Made by a program: the position numbers and the translations under genes. Under the pieces are notes generated by a model. The model had not been told where the DNA came from, searched no databases, and saw nothing but the letters and a program-made list of their open reading frames with translations. A stretch of 64,000 nt of DNA from Alphaproteobacteria bacterium. GTDB taxonomy: Bacteria > Pseudomonadota > Alphaproteobacteria > Rs-D84. This document shows positions 60,548 through 64,000 of this stretch, piece by piece (within the stretch, counting starts at the first letter, position 1; every line of letters begins with the position of its first letter). Where the stretch lies: NCBI GenBank assembly GCA_017642585.1, contig JAGCOR010000026.1, positions 7,776 to 71,775 of the forward strand, given 5' to 3'.

Positions 60548-63500
60548 ATGATGAATATTTTTTTATTATTTTTATCTATGTTTTTTATGATTGGATATTA
60601 TATGATTTCCAGTCCCTCACAAAACCTGGGTTATGACGAAGTTCAATATGAACACCAAAACTCTGAAATGCGGTCTTTGGTTGACTGCGTTGTGGCTAAA
60701 CAAAACGCGTTTATCAATAACGCCCCCTTTAATGACGAATGCGTAAAACGCTATAAAATCAACAGCACAGAAGTTTGTACTGATGAAAAATTTGAATTGT
60801 CCAATTGTTCGGTGGACCCCTACTACGATTTCATCATAACAACCAGCTATAAAATAGATCATTCTCAATACAAAGACGCATTTAGAATTATTGATAAAAC
60901 CCGCCAAGATTTTGGAACTTTGGGTTTATTCATAGATCCAAATGTTATTGCGGCTAATTCTATTGGTAAAAAACTGATTCCAGAATCTGTTATAAAAGGT
61001 GCAGAATTAGAAAACGGTCAAATTGCATATATTATCCAAAATTCTGTCCAAGCATTTGACCCCAGCCAGCCAGATCCAGGTGACGATGACGATTGTCGTT
61101 TCACAATATTTGGTAAGGTCTGTGACGATGTTGAAATAGAGGTTTGCACAGGTAACGAAGTATGGGATGAAGATCAGAAAAAATGTGTAGATCAAACAGG
61201 TTTATGTGAAGCTGGTAAAATCTTATTAATAGATGAAAGTGATAATTCTTATTATTGTGTAGATCCTACAAGCAAAATATGTACAGGTAACACAACATTA
61301 CAATATAATCACAAATTAGAGGCATGGGAATGTATCGAAGTTGAAAACTCTGATGATACAGAATGTGATTTGTCTCAATTTTCTTTAAGATTACACTCAA
61401 CTTTGGATTCTGCTGCCCCAACAGCCCGTATCAGAACCATCAATTGTAATAATTGTGAAAAACGCGTGTTGGATGAATCTACTTGCACCATTTATTGCAG
61501 CCCAGACGCCTCAAAACTTAGTTTGGGCGAATGTTATAATGACAGAAATGTGCCTTTGGCAGATTGCAAAGGCGAAAAACGTGGGGTTTATTTTGGATTT
61601 GCCCCTGGCCGTACCCAATATGCAGTTAATACCAGTACCGCGGACGAATCTTCCCAAAACAGTGATATTATTTTAAATGTAGAAAAATTCTTGGACAAAG
61701 ACCATTTACAAGACCGTTTATTCCACTGCTTTGAATGTGCAAATGGTATGAGTGATCGTTTATCTTTTTCTCCATTTTCTGCAATGTGCAAAACCGAAAA
61801 CGACGAAGATGACGATGATATAGTTTGTGCTGATGACGAAATGATCGCTATAGATCAGAAAACTGGAAAATTTTATTGTGAAAAAATCCCAGAAGAACCA
61901 GACGAACCAGATGAACCTGGTGAACCAGACGAACCTGATGACCCACATTCTTATGGCATATCATTAAGCGCATACAGCGGTATAACCACATACCCAACCG
62001 CAGCAACATTTTATGTTACAGAAAACACTTCTAATGGGGAATTGACTGTACAAACCAGCAATCCAAAGATTGCTACTGCTTCCATCAGTGGCAGTATTGT
62101 TACAGTTAAACCTGTGTCCAAAGGTAAGGTTGCTGTCTATATCAGAAGTGCCGCCAGAGGCAGTTACAATGTTGCTGTTGCTACATATAGTTTGCAAATA
62201 AACGGGGCAAATATTGTTGTTAATGCGTCAGATTTAGTATTGGAATATAACGGAAGCGAACAAAGTTGTGCTAATGTACGTGTAAAAAACCCAGCTACAG
62301 GTGCCAAAGTTGGTTATAGTTTAGTAGAAGGAGGCCCATACAGCAGTGCTCCTGTACTGACAGACGCCGCATCTGTTACTGTCTTTTACCAAGTTTCAGC
62401 CGAAAATTATACAGATTTAACAGGTCGTTATCAATGCACATTGACAGGTGGTCAAGAAGGTGGTGTGGTATTAAGTGCTTCCAGCGGAACAATAACATAT
62501 CCAACAACAACTACATCATTCACTGCATCTTGTTTAAGTGGTGGTACATTCTCTATAAAAAATTCGAATCCAGATGTTGCATCTGCCAATGTTGACAAAG
62601 ACACTGTTACTTTGACATATAACAAATCAGGAACTGCTTACATAACAGTGGATTGTCCCGAATATAATGGTTATTTATCTGCCAATGCAACATACACATT
62701 GACCGTCAAACGAGGTGTAATCGAAGCAACAGCCCAGAACAAAACATTAACTTATTCTGGTTCAGCGCAAAGTTGTGCAAATGTGTCCGTCAAATCACCA
62801 GTTGGCGCCAATGTAACATACAGCACTTCACAAAATGGTACATATTCAAACCAAGCACCTACATTGACAAACACAGGCGACATTAATGTATATTATAAAA
62901 TTACCGCCGATAACTACGAAGACAAGACCGGCAGTTATAAATGCATCATGTCAAAAGGTGGAAACAGCACAATAACTTTAAGCGAATACAGCGGGACAAT
63001 CACATATCCTGAAACCACCACTTCATTCACTGCAACATGTAACAGTGGTGGTGATATGACTGTTAAAAGTGATGATAAATCTATCGCAACAGCCACTATC
63101 CACAATGGTACTGTAACCGTAACATATGAATCTGCTGGTGAAACAACAATTCGTGTTATGTGTGATAAAACTAACAATTATGATGAATCAGAGGCAACTT
63201 ATAACATCGTTACCCAAAAAGGTACATTAAAACCAGAAGTAGACGATAAATACTTAACATATTCTGGTTCCGCACAAAGTTGTGCTAATACATTTAATAT
63301 TAAAGACGTATCATCATTCACTGTCAAATATGCTTCCTCATCAAACGGAACATATTCTTCGAGTGCACCTACCCTGACAGATACAGGTTCTATAAGTGTA
63401 TTCTATAAAATAATTGCGGACGATTACGAAGAATTCTTTGGCAACTATAAATGTACTATGGGCACCGGCGGCAATTCTTTGGAATTAAATTCATACAGTG

Positions 63501-64000
63501 GCAACACCGAATTCCCAAATGACAAAACCATTGAAGTAACAAAAAATATCAGCAATGGTACATTAAGTGCAAAAAGCAATAAAACAGGTGTCGCTACCGC
63601 AGTTGTCAAAGGTAGCAAGGTTATTATAACCCCTGTGGCAACAGGTTCTGCAGTAATTACTGTTACCAGTGCCGCCACATCTAATTATGCTGCCGCATCT
63701 GTAGAATATCAATTGACAGTAACCAAAGGCACAATCAGTGCTTCTATATCCAGTCCATCGAAACCATTTGATACAAAACCTTTAACATGTAATGGTGTAT
63801 CAAGTGTCAAACCAGATGGTGCTACTGTAAAATATAAAACGTCACAAAATGGCAGTTATTCATCAACTGTTCCAACTGTTACAAATGTTTCAGACAGCAA
63901 GACTATTTATTATCAAATTACAGCGGATAATTATGAAACAAAAGAAGGTGTGTTCTCTTGCTCTATAACCAGTGCTGGTGAATCTGTTATCGGCTTCAGT
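60548..64000 (+). CDS. giant secreted/surface protein with an N-terminal signal anchor, a Cys-rich region, an acidic EPDEPDEPGEPDEPDDP linker and at least four ~170-aa tandem Ig-like (Big_2-type) repeat units; runs off the window end
   Basis: Continuous open frame of 1151 codons with no stop (manually translated; absent from the ORF track only because there is no stop); GGGGGA Shine-Dalgarno before the ATG; repeat signature TYSGSAQSCANVSVK...GTYS..APTLT.TG...VYYKI.ADNYE...G.Y.C alternating with TITYP.TTTSFTA.C.SGG...V....IATA...G.VTVTYE. Confidence 0.6.
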   Translation, partial: MMNIFLLFLSMFFMIGYYMISSPSQNLGYDEVQYEHQNSEMRSLVDCVVAKQNAFINNAPFNDECVKRYKINSTEVCTDEKFELSNCSVDPYYDFIITTSYKIDHSQYKDAFRIIDKTRQDFGTLGLFIDPNVIAANSIGKKLIPESVIKGAELENGQIAYIIQNSVQAFDPSQPDPGDDDDCRFTIFGKVCDDVEIEVCTGNEVWDEDQKKCVDQTGLCEAGKILLIDESDNSYYCVDPTSKICTGNTTLQYNHKLEAWECIEVENSDDTECDLSQFSLRLHSTLDSAAPTARIRTINCNNCEKRVLDESTCTIYCSPDASKLSLGECYNDRNVPLADCKGEKRGVYFGFAPGRTQYAVNTSTADESSQNSDIILNVEKFLDKDHLQDRLFHCFECANGMSDRLSFSPFSAMCKTENDEDDDDIVCADDEMIAIDQKTGKFYCEKIPEEPDEPDEPGEPDEPDDPHSYGISLSAYSGITTYPTAATFYVTENTSNGELTVQTSNPKIATASISGSIVTVKPVSKGKVAVYIRSAARGSYNVAVATYSLQINGANIVVNASDLVLEYNGSEQSCANVRVKNPATGAKVGYSLVEGGPYSSAPVLTDAASVTVFYQVSAENYTDLTGRYQCTLTGGQEGGVVLSASSGTITYPTTTTSFTASCLSGGTFSIKNSNPDVASANVDKDTVTLTYNKSGTAYITVDCPEYNGYLSANATYTLTVKRGVIEATAQNKTLTYSGSAQSCANVSVKSPVGANVTYSTSQNGTYSNQAPTLTNTGDINVYYKITADNYEDKTGSYKCIMSKGGNSTITLSEYSGTITYPETTTSFTATCNSGGDMTVKSDDKSIATATIHNGTVTVTYESAGETTIRVMCDKTNNYDESEATYNIVTQKGTLKPEVDDKYLTYSGSAQSCANTFNIKDVSSFTVKYASSSNGTYSSSAPTLTDTGSISVFYKIIADDYEEFFGNYKCTMGTGGNSLELNSYSGNTEFPNDKTIEVTKNISNGTLSAKSNKTGVATAVVKGSKVIITPVATGSAVITVTSAATSNYAAASVEYQLTVTKGTISASISSPSKPFDTKPLTCNGVSSVKPDGATVKYKTSQNGSYSSTVPTVTNVSDSKTIYYQITADNYETKEGVFSCSITSAGESVIGFS

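Overview
This is an AT-rich (~35% GC) alphaproteobacterial chromosome segment. The frr-uppS-cdsA-rseP-bamA block, an RNase E with an acidic insertion in its S1 region, LpxI, rvh-style duplicated VirB8 paralogs and a tRNA-His with encoded G-1/C73 point to a reduced-genome Rickettsiales/Holosporales-like intracellular organism (inference). The core genes present are ackA, recG, a BepA-like M48 protease, rne, a class A PBP, an MsbA-like ABC exporter, ligA, a SIMPL/BP26 protein, a CaCA antiporter, tRNA-His and tRNA-Ala, frr, uppS, cdsA, rseP, bamA, yraN, birA, mscS, an RlmD-like methyltransferase, lpxI, an FKBP, priA, miaA, gap, zapA, radC, map, holA and lptE. The accessory content has six parts. 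(1) A ~12.7 kb T7-like (podovirus) structural gene module at 30.8-43.5 kb: scaffold, major capsid, tail tubular A and B, a fiber N-terminal stub, a gp19-like large terminase and a gp8-like portal. It has no RNA or DNA polymerase, integrase, lysis genes or internal core proteins. The terminase gene is split into separately framed N (ATPase) and C (nuclease) fragments by a 3.4 kb opposite-strand cassette (DnaB helicase, a double-HTH regulator, one unknown protein) flanked by a 12/13 bp direct repeat. A lysine/alanine 45-bp tandem-repeat histone H1-like gene sits between scaffold and capsid. (2) A partial T4SS set (VirB7-like lipoprotein plus two VirB8 paralogs) next to bamA, and an orphan VirB11 ATPase 19 kb away. 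(3) A candidate sRNA with two CU-rich (anti-Shine-Dalgarno) loops. (4) A tRNA-His with a 20-bp direct repeat of its 3' end 155 bp downstream (att-like scar), next to tandem paralogous unknown proteins and an HExxH protein. (5) A giant secreted protein of repeated Ig-like (Big_2-type) units running off the window end. (6) Several orphan proteins: kinase-like, acidic, and lysine-rich.
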